From the NCBI GenBank assembly GCA_050013255.1, contig JBEKFP010000001.1, positions 832,001-896,000 on the forward strand: a DNA stretch of 64,000 nucleotides, written 5' to 3'. The position numbers and the translations under genes are program-made. Shown here piece by piece: positions 47,718-56,877 of the stretch (position 1 is the stretch's first letter; each line of letters begins with the position of its first letter). The DNA comes from Candidatus Bathyarchaeia archaeon (GTDB lineage: Archaea > Thermoproteota > Bathyarchaeia > 40CM-2-53-6). Under the pieces are notes generated by a model. That model made no database searches, was not told where the DNA came from, and saw only the letters and a list, made by a program, of their open reading frames with translations.

Positions 47718-48194
47718 ATGAAACGGTACTTGGATACGCTACAGAGCTATTTGGAGCAGTACGGCATTAAGATTGAAGATTTGATCGCTACGGCCCTGGA
47801 GCTTTTCGTGCCCCACCCAGGCGTTGAGGACAAAGAAAAGGCAACTAGGATACTCACCGATGAGTTTCGGGATGCCTTCACTGACGTGAATGTCTCCTGT
47901 CTAATTGTTGCGTGTTACAGGGCTGAGGAGGACGCGAAGGAGGGCAGGATTCCAAACCTAACTGTGGAACGATTCATGGGTCGGCCGGGTCTTGTTGCTG
48001 ATGAACTTCTCGGCATGACAATCGCGAGTTACATCGCAGGCGCTAGGGGCGTTTTCGAGTTTATTCGGTTCGACCAACAGAAGCCAGGTATACTCGCGAA
48101 ACTAGGGCCAATAACCAATGATGCGATCGGTGGGTTGATCGCTGGTTGTTCCTCGAATATGTACTCCCTGGCGACGAGGCAGAGTAAGGGCTGA
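47718..48194 (+). CDS. cobZ: Alpha-ribazole phosphatase CobZ
   Basis: DVNV, LVADELLG..IA.YIAG..G.FEF.RFD..KPGIL..LGP motifs. Confidence 0.9.
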   Translation: MKRYLDTLQSYLEQYGIKIEDLIATALELFVPHPGVEDKEKATRILTDEFRDAFTDVNVSCLIVACYRAEEDAKEGRIPNLTVERFMGRPGLVADELLGMTIASYIAGARGVFEFIRFDQQKPGILAKLGPITNDAIGGLIAGCSSNMYSLATRQSKG

Positions 48195-48199
48195 CTTGA

Positions 48200-48958
48200 T
48201 TGGGTGTCCTTCGTGGGCTGAGGAATTGCGTCGCCTTTCTCACAATTATCCCGGTAGGAATGGATGACGATGCAATTCAGCAAGCAGCATACTACATGCC
48301 GATTTTTCCCCTAATCGGCGCGCTCATCGGTCTTCTGGCCGGCATGTTTGTCTGGTTGCTCGAATTCGCTTTGCAAGCACTCATTGTCGGGTTCCTAGGC
48401 GTAGGCTTCCTGCTACTATTGAACGGAATCCAGCACTTTGACGGGTTACTTGACTTCGGGGATGGGCTGATGTGTCATGGACCGCGAAAACGGAAACTCC
48501 GTGCGATGCAGGACCCGAGAACTGGTGCCGGTGGGCTAGGCCTGGGAGTAGTTGTTTTGGCGACTACCGCAGTAAGCATTGCCGCCCTGGGGCGGCCGGT
48601 TGCCATTCAGGGGATTTTGGTCTCTGAGGCTATTGGGAAATTCTCTATGGTGCTCGAAGCCTGGGCCGGAAAGGCCGCACAACAGGGCTTGGGGTCCATG
48701 TTCGTTGAGTCGATGAATGGGAAGCATCGAAACATGCGGTTAACTGCAGCTTTCCTTAGCCTTCTGCTCGTTGCTGTACTGAGTCTTCGCGGAATCGGAT
48801 TATTGGCCGTCATAGCTGGCACGGCAGCTTCAATGCTTCTTCTGTCGATCTCCAGGAAAGCCTTCGGGGGCATAACTGGCGACACTATGGGTGCGACAAA
48901 TGAACTGTCGAGGCTCGTCTCTCTGCTCATAATTGTAGGTGCGACGCAATGGGTGTGA
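48200..48958 (+). CDS. cobS: Adenosylcobinamide-GDP ribazoletransferase
   Basis: HFDGLLDFGDG, MQDP..GAGG and GGITGD..GA.NE motifs. Confidence 0.93.
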   Translation: MGVLRGLRNCVAFLTIIPVGMDDDAIQQAAYYMPIFPLIGALIGLLAGMFVWLLEFALQALIVGFLGVGFLLLLNGIQHFDGLLDFGDGLMCHGPRKRKLRAMQDPRTGAGGLGLGVVVLATTAVSIAALGRPVAIQGILVSEAIGKFSMVLEAWAGKAAQQGLGSMFVESMNGKHRNMRLTAAFLSLLLVAVLSLRGIGLLAVIAGTAASMLLLSISRKAFGGITGDTMGATNELSRLVSLLIIVGATQWV

Positions 48959-49581
48959 CAGCTCTTGTCATGGCGGGTGGCAAGGCAACTAGAATGGCTT
49001 CCGAGTTTGAAAAGCCGTTAGCTGAAGTCGGCGGTAAGTCCATGCTCCTACTCGTAGTTGAGGCGTTGAAGAAATCAAAGAACATAGATTGTATCGTAGT
49101 TGCCGTCAGTCCACACACACCCAAAACCGCTCTGGCGGCAAGGGAAATCGGCGTCGAAGTAGTGGAGACACGAGGCTTAGGATATGAAGAAGATATGAAA
49201 TTCGCGATAAAGCAGCGAAAACTGCGTGACGTGATGGTTGTTTCTGCAGACCTTCCCCTACTAACTCCTGTACTCGTAGATAGGGCAATTGAATCTTACA
49301 AGAGGGAAATGAAACCTTCGTTGAGCGTAATGGCCCCGGCAGAAATCGTGGAAAAGCAGGGAGCAAAACCATCATTTGTATTCCAAGTCGGTGGGAAACG
49401 AATGGTCCCAATTGGAATTAACTTGATCGATGGAACCAGAATCGACGAACCCGAATTAGAGGAGACCATTCTGATCGCAGAACCTGATGATTCAATCTTG
49501 AACGTTAACACAATCGAAGAGCTCAAGGTAGCTCGGGAGTTGAAAGCAAGTGAACAAAAGTCCCGAAACAAGGAAAGGTAA
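48949..49581 (+). CDS. cobY: Adenosylcobinamide-phosphate guanylyltransferase
   Basis: MAGGKATRM...EKPL, SADLPL and NVNT motifs; cob context. Confidence 0.9.
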   Translation: MGVTALVMAGGKATRMASEFEKPLAEVGGKSMLLLVVEALKKSKNIDCIVVAVSPHTPKTALAAREIGVEVVETRGLGYEEDMKFAIKQRKLRDVMVVSADLPLLTPVLVDRAIESYKREMKPSLSVMAPAEIVEKQGAKPSFVFQVGGKRMVPIGINLIDGTRIDEPELEETILIAEPDDSILNVNTIEELKVARELKASEQKSRNKER

Positions 49582-50065
49582 CGGAACGAACAGAAAAGCA
49601 AACCGGACTTACCGCGCTGCTAGAATTCCGGTGTTCTGCGCACTCTCTGTCATCGGGTCGTTCATTCATCTCCCAGGCCCAATTCAAACGGTGGCCTTTG
49701 ATTCAGCACCAGGTTTCTTCGCGGCCCTATACTTTGGCCCTATTGATGGCGCTGCAGTTAGCGGAATAGGGCATCTTGCCACATCGATCATTAACGGCTT
49801 CCCGCTTGGAATACTACACTTCCCAATCGCATTGGGTCTAGCCTGCGCTGGCGCCGCAATCGGATTAGTGAAAGCAAAATTGAACGCTGGTCTTGGTTTG
49901 GGCGTTGGAATAGTCATCAACACCGCGCTGGTAGTTCTCGCAGTTCCCGCAATCGGTTGGGCGGCAACGATCAGTTTCATACCTTTCTTGTTTCTAGCGG
50001 CGTGCGCAAACGGGGTCGCGGCGGGAGTGGCATACATTGGCGTACGCAAGAGACTAGGACATTGA
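49550..50065 (+). CDS. ECF S component, CblT-like alpha-ribazole transporter
   Basis: TVAFDSAPGFFAAL, GHL.TS...GFPLG..H motifs. Confidence 0.75.
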   Translation: MNKSPETRKGNGTNRKANRTYRAARIPVFCALSVIGSFIHLPGPIQTVAFDSAPGFFAALYFGPIDGAAVSGIGHLATSIINGFPLGILHFPIALGLACAGAAIGLVKAKLNAGLGLGVGIVINTALVVLAVPAIGWAATISFIPFLFLAACANGVAAGVAYIGVRKRLGH

Positions 50066-50895
50066 ATGCTGTAATTGGGACAGCGAGAGACGTCCAGATT
50101 ATCCCGCTGGATCCCAAAAGAGTCATGGTTGTTAGCTGCGATTCTGCTGGCGGCGTAGGCTCGAAGCCTCTAGATAGGGTTAGAGCTAGCCCATTTGTGG
50201 TTGGAAAGTTCACGGCCAGAGTAGCTCTGATGGAGATACTCTCGACGGGTGCAGAGCCGGTTTGTGTAGCAAGTGCACTTGCTGTCGAGCCGAAACCCAC
50301 TGGGAATCAAATCCTTCTGGGGGTTAGGGCTGAAATGAGACACGCTCTGCTTAGTCCAATTACCCCGATTGTCAACAGCACTGAGAAGAACGTCGAAGTG
50401 AAGTCCACTGGTGTAGGCGTAATGGCTGTAGGTATCGCGATTCGGAATCGGCTGCGCGTCGGACGGTGTGAAGCAGGTGACGAGATTCTTGCAATAGGTT
50501 TGCCGCATGTCGGCGGCGAAGTTTTGCGGGCGGAGCAGAGAGGCGTCATCACGAATTCACGGGATGTACGCAGGCTCCTGCGAACAAACATGGTTCACGA
50601 ACTGGTTCCCGCAGGGTCCAGGGGCGTTTTGCACGAGGCACATGTCTTAGCAGCGGATTCGCAGCTTTTCTTAAAGCGTGAGAGAGGCTTGAAGCTTGAC
50701 GTGAGGAAATCCGCTGGCCCGGCGACAGCCATCGTGAGCGCTTGCAAGAGGGGTAGCTTACAGCGAATCGCCGTTTTGACTCACAAGCCAGTTACGAAGA
50801 TCGGGTATCTAGTGCCTGACCAAAACCATCCATACAAGAAACGAAATCGGTCATCCCGAAACCTACTGAGGATGGTGAAACTTCAAATTCAATGA
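50062..50895 (+). CDS. AIR-synthase-related kinase, CblS-like alpha-ribazole kinase
   Basis: RDV, CDSAGGVG.K..D, RVALME, STEKN, P.GSRG and KSAGPAT motifs. Confidence 0.8.
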   Translation: MNAVIGTARDVQIIPLDPKRVMVVSCDSAGGVGSKPLDRVRASPFVVGKFTARVALMEILSTGAEPVCVASALAVEPKPTGNQILLGVRAEMRHALLSPITPIVNSTEKNVEVKSTGVGVMAVGIAIRNRLRVGRCEAGDEILAIGLPHVGGEVLRAEQRGVITNSRDVRRLLRTNMVHELVPAGSRGVLHEAHVLAADSQLFLKRERGLKLDVRKSAGPATAIVSACKRGSLQRIAVLTHKPVTKIGYLVPDQNHPYKKRNRSSRNLLRMVKLQIQ

Positions 50896-50919
50896 ATTAC
50901 ATGGATTAAACGAAGCGTC

Positions 50920-51567
50920 ATGAGAGCCTGTCGTAATTGTGGCACGGAACTAGAAGACCGCTCAGCCTTCTGTCAAGTCTGTGGCGCATCACAACCCCCT
51001 CATGAAGACTCTAGGGCTTCAAAAATGAATCAGCAGGCTGTAATGCCGAAGACCATATTTTACGTCATGATGGTCGCGCTCGCCCTGATGGGCATTCTCG
51101 CAGTTGGACTAGCGGTTCGAGGTCCTGGGACAGTAACACAGACTAATTACGTCACGCAGATGCAGCTCACAACCATCAGCTTCACGTCCAGCACAACAAC
51201 GACTCAGTCATCTACCATCATCGTGGCATCATTTTCGACATTACTCGCTGGGCCACCGGCTAATTGGTTCAACCAGCAATATTGCGGATACCCTTTCAAT
51301 CCGTACCTTTGTAACGAGGGCCCGCCAGTGACAGTGACTGGATATTTGACAAACGACACGTCATGCGTGGATCTATACGTTGGCTCGGGAGAAACTTACG
51401 TGGTGTGGAATCTACCTAAGTCCTATCCTACGGGGGCCTATCAGGTGTATGGATTCCTTTACCCTAACTGGCCACCCACCCAGCCGTTTCCACCCTACCC
51501 GTTCCAGAAGACAATATGTGTTGGAATTCCAATGTGGACAGTTCCACCATACATCCAGAATGCTTGA
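50920..51567 (+). CDS. Zinc-ribbon membrane protein
   Basis: CRNCG...FCQVCG, one TM helix, Thr-rich linker. Confidence 0.75.
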   Translation: MRACRNCGTELEDRSAFCQVCGASQPPHEDSRASKMNQQAVMPKTIFYVMMVALALMGILAVGLAVRGPGTVTQTNYVTQMQLTTISFTSSTTTTQSSTIIVASFSTLLAGPPANWFNQQYCGYPFNPYLCNEGPPVTVTGYLTNDTSCVDLYVGSGETYVVWNLPKSYPTGAYQVYGFLYPNWPPTQPFPPYPFQKTICVGIPMWTVPPYIQNA

Positions 51568-51615
51568 GTATGTGTGAGCTGTCGTACTGACTAGAGCACT
51601 AGACAGAGTACCAGA

Positions 51616-52542
51616 CTATTGCATGGGTTGTCCTGTACCCACGATGCGTGTCTTCTTGGCATTGAGGTTCAATAAGAGGAAATTATCTTCAGGTGTGTAG
51701 ACGACTGGTTTCTCCGATTCGATGACGATGGTAGTTGCGCCTATTTCGGCGATGCTGACTGGAACCGCCTGCATTCCGACTGTAGCGTGGAAAGTACCTT
51801 GACTGAAATCATCCGAATAGAAGCGGCTTTTCTTGAAAGAGAGCTTAAACGACGTCTCCGTTGTGGCGCTATCTGGGGCGCATAGGATAGACCCCCTCGC
51901 CATTTCGTCAACGGTCGCACCCTTCATGGCTAGGCCGACTCTTGACCCTGCTTCAGCTTGGTCGTAGTCTTCGTCTTGCATTTGTATGGAGCGTACGATT
52001 ACTTCCTTGTTGGCCGGTAGAAGCGTGAGCTCGTCATACTTTTTGACAACGCCTTTTTTCACAAATCCGAGTATGACTTCGCCTACTCCCTTGACGCTGA
52101 AAGAATGGTCTACTACAACTTGGGCGGATGAGGTTGTATCCCTTTCAGGATTAAAGGTCTTGAGAACTTCAAGTAATTTGATTGGATCTCTGCTCTCGGC
52201 AGTGAATGATTTGATGGACGTATCCTTGGTTACCGCTGATATTTGGTCAGGGGTTGCGTATGGTGATGTGACCGCTATTCCTTTAGAAACGCCGAGTAAG
52301 TCAAGCATTACTAGGGTCTCCCCCAATTCCCTAGTCATTCCTGTGAACACCACGATTGCGGCGTCGATGCTGGAGATTATTTGGCTCTTCGCTGTCAGCT
52401 TGTCCCCAACAGGAGATATGAAAGTGAAAATTGCCTCGCTGGTCTTTCGGTTGAACATGGCGAAATCGGATTCGGTGCCTTTCTTTCCCAATTCCGGACC
52501 AAGTGTATCGTCATGGAATAGGCCGACGGTAAGGTGCTTCAT
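51616..52542 (-). CDS. SelB/EF-Tu-like protein with degenerate G domain
   Basis: LGKKGTESD, VDHSF.VKGVG.V.LG, RSIQM.D and GSRVGLA motifs; no P-loop. Confidence 0.85.
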   Translation of the reverse strand: MKHLTVGLFHDDTLGPELGKKGTESDFAMFNRKTSEAIFTFISPVGDKLTAKSQIISSIDAAIVVFTGMTRELGETLVMLDLLGVSKGIAVTSPYATPDQISAVTKDTSIKSFTAESRDPIKLLEVLKTFNPERDTTSSAQVVVDHSFSVKGVGEVILGFVKKGVVKKYDELTLLPANKEVIVRSIQMQDEDYDQAEAGSRVGLAMKGATVDEMARGSILCAPDSATTETSFKLSFKKSRFYSDDFSQGTFHATVGMQAVPVSIAEIGATTIVIESEKPVVYTPEDNFLLLNLNAKKTRIVGTGQPMQ

Positions 52543-52667
52543 GCCGCTTCGAACAGGAATGGTGGCATATCAACTCTCATGTAAGTGGATTTTGTTTTCC
52601 GAAGTTGAGTCGGAAAGATTACCTAGCCATAGCGGCATAGTCGGTTCGACGATCGAGGGGGACATAA

Positions 52668-52994
52668 GTGGAGGAAGAGCATGAGATTACGGTGAAGGAT
52701 CTGAAACGTCTCCTCGACAGCGGGGTTCATGTCAACCTCATAGATGTGAGAGAACCGCACGAATATGACTTCTGCCACATAGCAGACAGCAGGCTAGTGC
52801 CCGTACGCCAAATTCCGGACCACGTCAATGAATTCAACCTTAACGAAGAGTACGTCTTCTACTGCCACGTGGGGGAGCGAAGCGGATGGGCGGTCAACTT
52901 CCTTCGGCAACTCGGATTTAAGAAAGTCAGGAATTTGCTGGGCGGCGTTGATGCGTGGGCAATCGAAATAGACCCAACAATGCCGCGATATTGA
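52668..52994 (+). CDS. Rhodanese-like sulfurtransferase (MoeZ C-terminal type)
   Basis: IDVREP.E, YCH.G.RS, NL.GG..AW and DP.MPRY motifs. Confidence 0.9.
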   Translation: MEEEHEITVKDLKRLLDSGVHVNLIDVREPHEYDFCHIADSRLVPVRQIPDHVNEFNLNEEYVFYCHVGERSGWAVNFLRQLGFKKVRNLLGGVDAWAIEIDPTMPRY

Positions 52995-53011
52995 TTTCGA
53001 CTCATCTGTTC

Positions 53012-53299
53012 TTAGCCGACTTCTTGAAATTGCCGAACGATTGGAGGAACAAGGCTTATGCTGCTCTTCGATGGCGAGGTACTCAACTTCGCCATTCCGG
53101 CTTCGAATGATTCCTTGTCTCGCCAAATAGAGATTCCAACGAGGTTCTTCGTTCCTTCTTCACGAAGAACGAAAACGTTTACGAGTCCAGGCTGTGCAGC
53201 AAGCGCTTTGGCGAAGGATTTCATTCGTTCCTTAAGTTCGTGTTCCTTTCCAGGTTGCGGTTCGGCTGTTGCCATATTGATGAATGCCATATTTCCCAT
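53012..53299 (-). CDS. Antibiotic biosynthesis monooxygenase (ABM) domain protein
   Basis: PGKE, QPG and W...E.F pattern. Confidence 0.75.
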   Translation of the reverse strand: MGNMAFINMATAEPQPGKEHELKERMKSFAKALAAQPGLVNVFVLREEGTKNLVGISIWRDKESFEAGMAKLSTSPSKSSISLVPPIVRQFQEVG

Positions 53300-53536
53300 C
53301 TTTGTTCGTTGATAAGTAATCGGATATTTCAGTTAACGTGCTCACTGAAGATTTTCTCGAGGGTCCTAAAGGCCGCGCTCCAAGCATGCATGAAGTATTT
53401 CCTAGCCTTATGCCACTCAGGTGAGTTACCCCAACCAGAATGAATCAAAAGTACTGCAGTAGACGCGGTCGGACCATTACTAATAGGAATGAAGGACATC
53501 ACGCGGCTCCGTTATCGAGCTATTGAGTTGAGTGGC

Positions 53537-54034
53537 TCACAGTTCGCGCTTCATTTCCCACGTGCGTTTGAATTCTTGTCGGATGTAAATTCCTCTCCCC
53601 ATGGAGCTCGCATGGAGCCTGATCTCTCCGTAACCGTTGCTCTTCGCCCACTTCATCGCTTCGGTAACGATCCGAGAGGCTAGACCTAGCCTGCGCCACT
53701 TGGGCTCTGTGTACATTGATAGAAGATAGGGTTGAACTAGGTGCCGCACTCCAGGTTCCGAGACGGCGGGCCGCAACCACACAATTGCGCCAGCTACCAC
53801 ATCTCCCACGTCTGTTTCTACAACCCATCCCACAACTGTCTTACTCTTCAGACGTAGCTGAACCCATCGCCGAAAAGTTCTATCATGCTCGTCGAGTTTG
53901 ATCCGGTTTCGTTCACCCATACCGAACCACATACCTCGGCGTTGTCGAACTAGCACGTCGAGGTCACGGCGCGTCGCACGGCGCAGCTTCACACGAGCTC
54001 CCTTGCGGTTTTGGCGTCGCTGTGTTTCAGGCAT
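53537..54034 (-). CDS. GNAT family N-acetyltransferase
   Basis: MYTEPKWRRLGLA and LHAS..GR.IY motifs. Confidence 0.88.
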   Translation of the reverse strand: MPETQRRQNRKGARVKLRRATRRDLDVLVRQRRGMWFGMGERNRIKLDEHDRTFRRWVQLRLKSKTVVGWVVETDVGDVVAGAIVWLRPAVSEPGVRHLVQPYLLSMYTEPKWRRLGLASRIVTEAMKWAKSNGYGEIRLHASSMGRGIYIRQEFKRTWEMKREL

Positions 54035-54106
54035 GTGCTTGAACCCGGCTTGCAAAGAGGGCAGAAGTGGAGATAGTGATTGTGTGCCTTTGTAAATCAA
54101 ATCTAT

Positions 54107-55501
54107 TCAGTAATTTTCGGAGGGGGTTGCAGACATTCCAATCAGGTAGGCTCCGAACGTGATGAACCAGATTGACTCGGGCAGCACAATAATTCTCTCT
54201 GCGAAGCCTTTCCCTAAAGCGAAGAAAATAGATGCGACTGGAGCAACAAAGAGGCCAGCGTATAGTATGACCATTCCGATTAGCATCATTACGCCGAAGA
54301 TTAGGGAGAAGTACCTGAACAGGCCTTTGACGAGCCTTATGGAAACGAGTAGCGATGAGATTGCGCCAAAGGCGAATGCCAGCAACGACAACACGAGATG
54401 CGCATCGTAGAACGTATTCTCATTCAATGCTGCTATGCCCAATAGGCCCACGCCCGTTAGGGCGAAGGTGACGAGTAGCTCTCTATGTCCCCTGCCAAAA
54501 TCGGATAGGGCAAGACCAGCTATGATCACTAGTACTCCTGTGACGAGCACACTCGCAGTCCATACGATTGCGGATTGCGGTTGGACGCCTAAGTCGCTTA
54601 CGAAATTCAGTCGCAAGTTGTAGTTCGGGTACAGGCCTTCCGCTATCGAAGTGAAGAAGATTGATTGTATCCAAGCAAGAAGGAAGAGGGCGCCTGCCAG
54701 CTTACGGTTTCTATTCTGGCTGCCAATCGTTCCTTTCTTCGAGATCCTCTTCGACTCCCGAGTTGGGGTGGTTTCGGGATGAATGGCTTGGTCATATTCG
54801 GAGTACGGCGCAGCGGCTACCGCTTCACTTCCTGCGGGAGCGGCGCCCTTCCCAAAGTAGGATTTCACCCTTCCCCTAGTCAAGTAGAAGATGAAGACTG
54901 CGTAGATTACAATCCCTACCAATCCGAACCCAATAATCAGGCCTGCAGCGGATACTATGAGGCCAATGATTGAGGAAATGAGTGTCCAAGTCCAAGCCCA
55001 GCGACGGCCCTTCCAGAGTCCAAAGCCGAGCACGAATGAAATTATCGCAAATATCAGAGGTATAATTGAGAGAAGCAAGAGGAAAGTCCCTGCCAATTGT
55101 AGACTGGGCAGGAAAGCCAGCATAGGGAGCGTGACTGCCCCAAGAAAGAGGAATAAAGCTGCTGTGCCAATATCCACGGCCCCTCCGAGAAACATTAGAA
55201 TCGAAAGTACCGCAACGCCAGTGGGCCTTTGGGTGCCCCGCTCTGGCGGCATTGGCTGTGGCATCACAGGTTCTACAGGCGGTGCGAACGCAGGTTGTGG
55301 TTCTGGAAGTGGAACCTCACGAGATTCACTACGAGTGGGATAAGAAGCGGGGGCAACAGGAGGAGCTATAACAGTTCGCGTTGGCTGAGGGCGCAGCGAA
55401 GGTTGTATGTAAACCGGTTGAAGTGTTCGTCCACAGTTAATGCAGAAATTCTGGTTTGCCGAGATCGGTTTTCCGCAACCGTCGCAAAAAGGCGTAATCA
55501 T
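54107..55501 (-). CDS. Zinc-ribbon, Pro-rich, four-TM and DUF998-like fusion membrane protein
   Basis: CDGCG/CINCG, RPTGVAVL, Y...NFVSDLG, H and G..ER motifs. Confidence 0.75.
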   Translation of the reverse strand: MITPFCDGCGKPISANQNFCINCGRTLQPVYIQPSLRPQPTRTVIAPPVAPASYPTRSESREVPLPEPQPAFAPPVEPVMPQPMPPERGTQRPTGVAVLSILMFLGGAVDIGTAALFLFLGAVTLPMLAFLPSLQLAGTFLLLLSIIPLIFAIISFVLGFGLWKGRRWAWTWTLISSIIGLIVSAAGLIIGFGLVGIVIYAVFIFYLTRGRVKSYFGKGAAPAGSEAVAAAPYSEYDQAIHPETTPTRESKRISKKGTIGSQNRNRKLAGALFLLAWIQSIFFTSIAEGLYPNYNLRLNFVSDLGVQPQSAIVWTASVLVTGVLVIIAGLALSDFGRGHRELLVTFALTGVGLLGIAALNENTFYDAHLVLSLLAFAFGAISSLLVSIRLVKGLFRYFSLIFGVMMLIGMVILYAGLFVAPVASIFFALGKGFAERIIVLPESIWFITFGAYLIGMSATPSENY

Positions 55502-55557
55502 CCCTTCCAGAACATCACCGCAGGGCCCAGAATAAAACCATGGCCCTATGCATACGC

Positions 55558-56682
55558 CTAGTTATTCATCCGGCGTCTCGCCATTGCGAGGACCGTCAGG
55601 CCTATGATAAGACCTGCTACGATTGATTCCCACGGAAATCCCGGGATCGCTGGAACCACGAGCGGTGTTGTGTTAGATGATGTGACTATCGTGGAGGTTT
55701 GGACTTGTATTGAAGTAGCAATAGATGAGCTGCTCGTAGCACTGTTACTGACTGTAGTGCTTGAGGTCGTTGACGCAATGTTTGATGAGGGCGTTGCAGA
55801 TGTGGTTGACGTTGAACTCGAACCGGAATTCTCTGAAGCAAGTTGGGGTTCTTGTGTCCACATCCAAGTCTGTGGGGGTGTCGTGCGTGTCACATTGCTA
55901 CCGGCATCAGCTTGGTAGGCACCACCGCCGAGATATTGTACGTTTGAATCTTGGCAGACATTGCCGCCGTAGGTAGCTTCTGCTTTGGTGGGGGCGTGGT
56001 TCCCTCCAGCGTTCAAGGCGTAGGGGTGCGAGAAAATCACGCTCGTAGGCGTCGTATTGCAAGACGCTGCCGTTGAATATTCATCCCAAGTAGAAGAATT
56101 CGTGCTCAGCTGGTTGTAAGCGGGGGAGACGAGTATGTCTCCGATAGTTGTGCTGGAATTTGCGGAATAATCGTAGATGCGACCCTGCCACTGTTCATTT
56201 CCGCCGCTGTCCGGCAGCCTTGAAAATTGAAGTTGGTAGTTCGACCCTAGATTCCAATCATAGATTATGAAACATTGATATCCATTGCCCGATCTCAGGA
56301 ATGAAATGCCCGCCGTGCATCCACCAGTTGGGTTACTGGTAGTTGCGTTCGTTGCGTCAAACACGCCCATTGTGGCAACCTTAGGCATCCCACCAATTCC
56401 GAACGCAACGAATCCTCTCTCCCCATTCATGAATGTGAATTGATATCCCCAAAATATGGAAGCGCCCGACTCAGGGGCCCGAATAACCTTGAGGTCAACG
56501 CTCATCGAATAACTATCGTTTAGGGGCCATAAGAGTTGAACGTCCGTATCTGGAGCCAGCGTATTGAAGTGGCCATAAGCTGGGTGCGCCCCAACCTGGA
56601 GTAGCACTCCTACCAGAAGCAGAGACACTACAACTGCGAAGGTCGCCCGTCTGTTCAAGCAAATCCTCTCATCAAGGCCCAT
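55558..56682 (-). CDS. Secreted beta-rich protein with PGF-type sorting signal
   Basis: Signal peptide, Ser/Thr linker, IPGFPWESI-TM-RRR tail. Confidence 0.75.
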   Translation of the reverse strand: MGLDERICLNRRATFAVVVSLLLVGVLLQVGAHPAYGHFNTLAPDTDVQLLWPLNDSYSMSVDLKVIRAPESGASIFWGYQFTFMNGERGFVAFGIGGMPKVATMGVFDATNATTSNPTGGCTAGISFLRSGNGYQCFIIYDWNLGSNYQLQFSRLPDSGGNEQWQGRIYDYSANSSTTIGDILVSPAYNQLSTNSSTWDEYSTAASCNTTPTSVIFSHPYALNAGGNHAPTKAEATYGGNVCQDSNVQYLGGGAYQADAGSNVTRTTPPQTWMWTQEPQLASENSGSSSTSTTSATPSSNIASTTSSTTVSNSATSSSSIATSIQVQTSTIVTSSNTTPLVVPAIPGFPWESIVAGLIIGLTVLAMARRRMNN

Positions 56683-56877
56683 GAGAGCATGGCAGATGAT
56701 GGCTGTGAGTTGGACATTGGGGGTGGTCGACCGTGGACACTACGGCAACTCAAACGCATATTTCTGAAATCTTGACGCGCTGCATGCCATAGAGTCTACG
56801 ATTTTTTAGGCGTTTAGACATACAGACTCAAGAGGCTGGCATTAGGTTGCAGGTCGGGGGAGGAGCAGATAGGGTAC

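Noticed and set aside
51616-52542. True selenocysteine elongation factor or selenoprotein system
   Set aside because: No GTP-binding motifs; no tRNA-Sec, SelD or in-frame UGA genes noticed.
51986-52684. 232-aa plus-strand ORF and similar antisense ORFs throughout the track
   Set aside because: They lie opposite well-supported genes and have no recognisable motifs.
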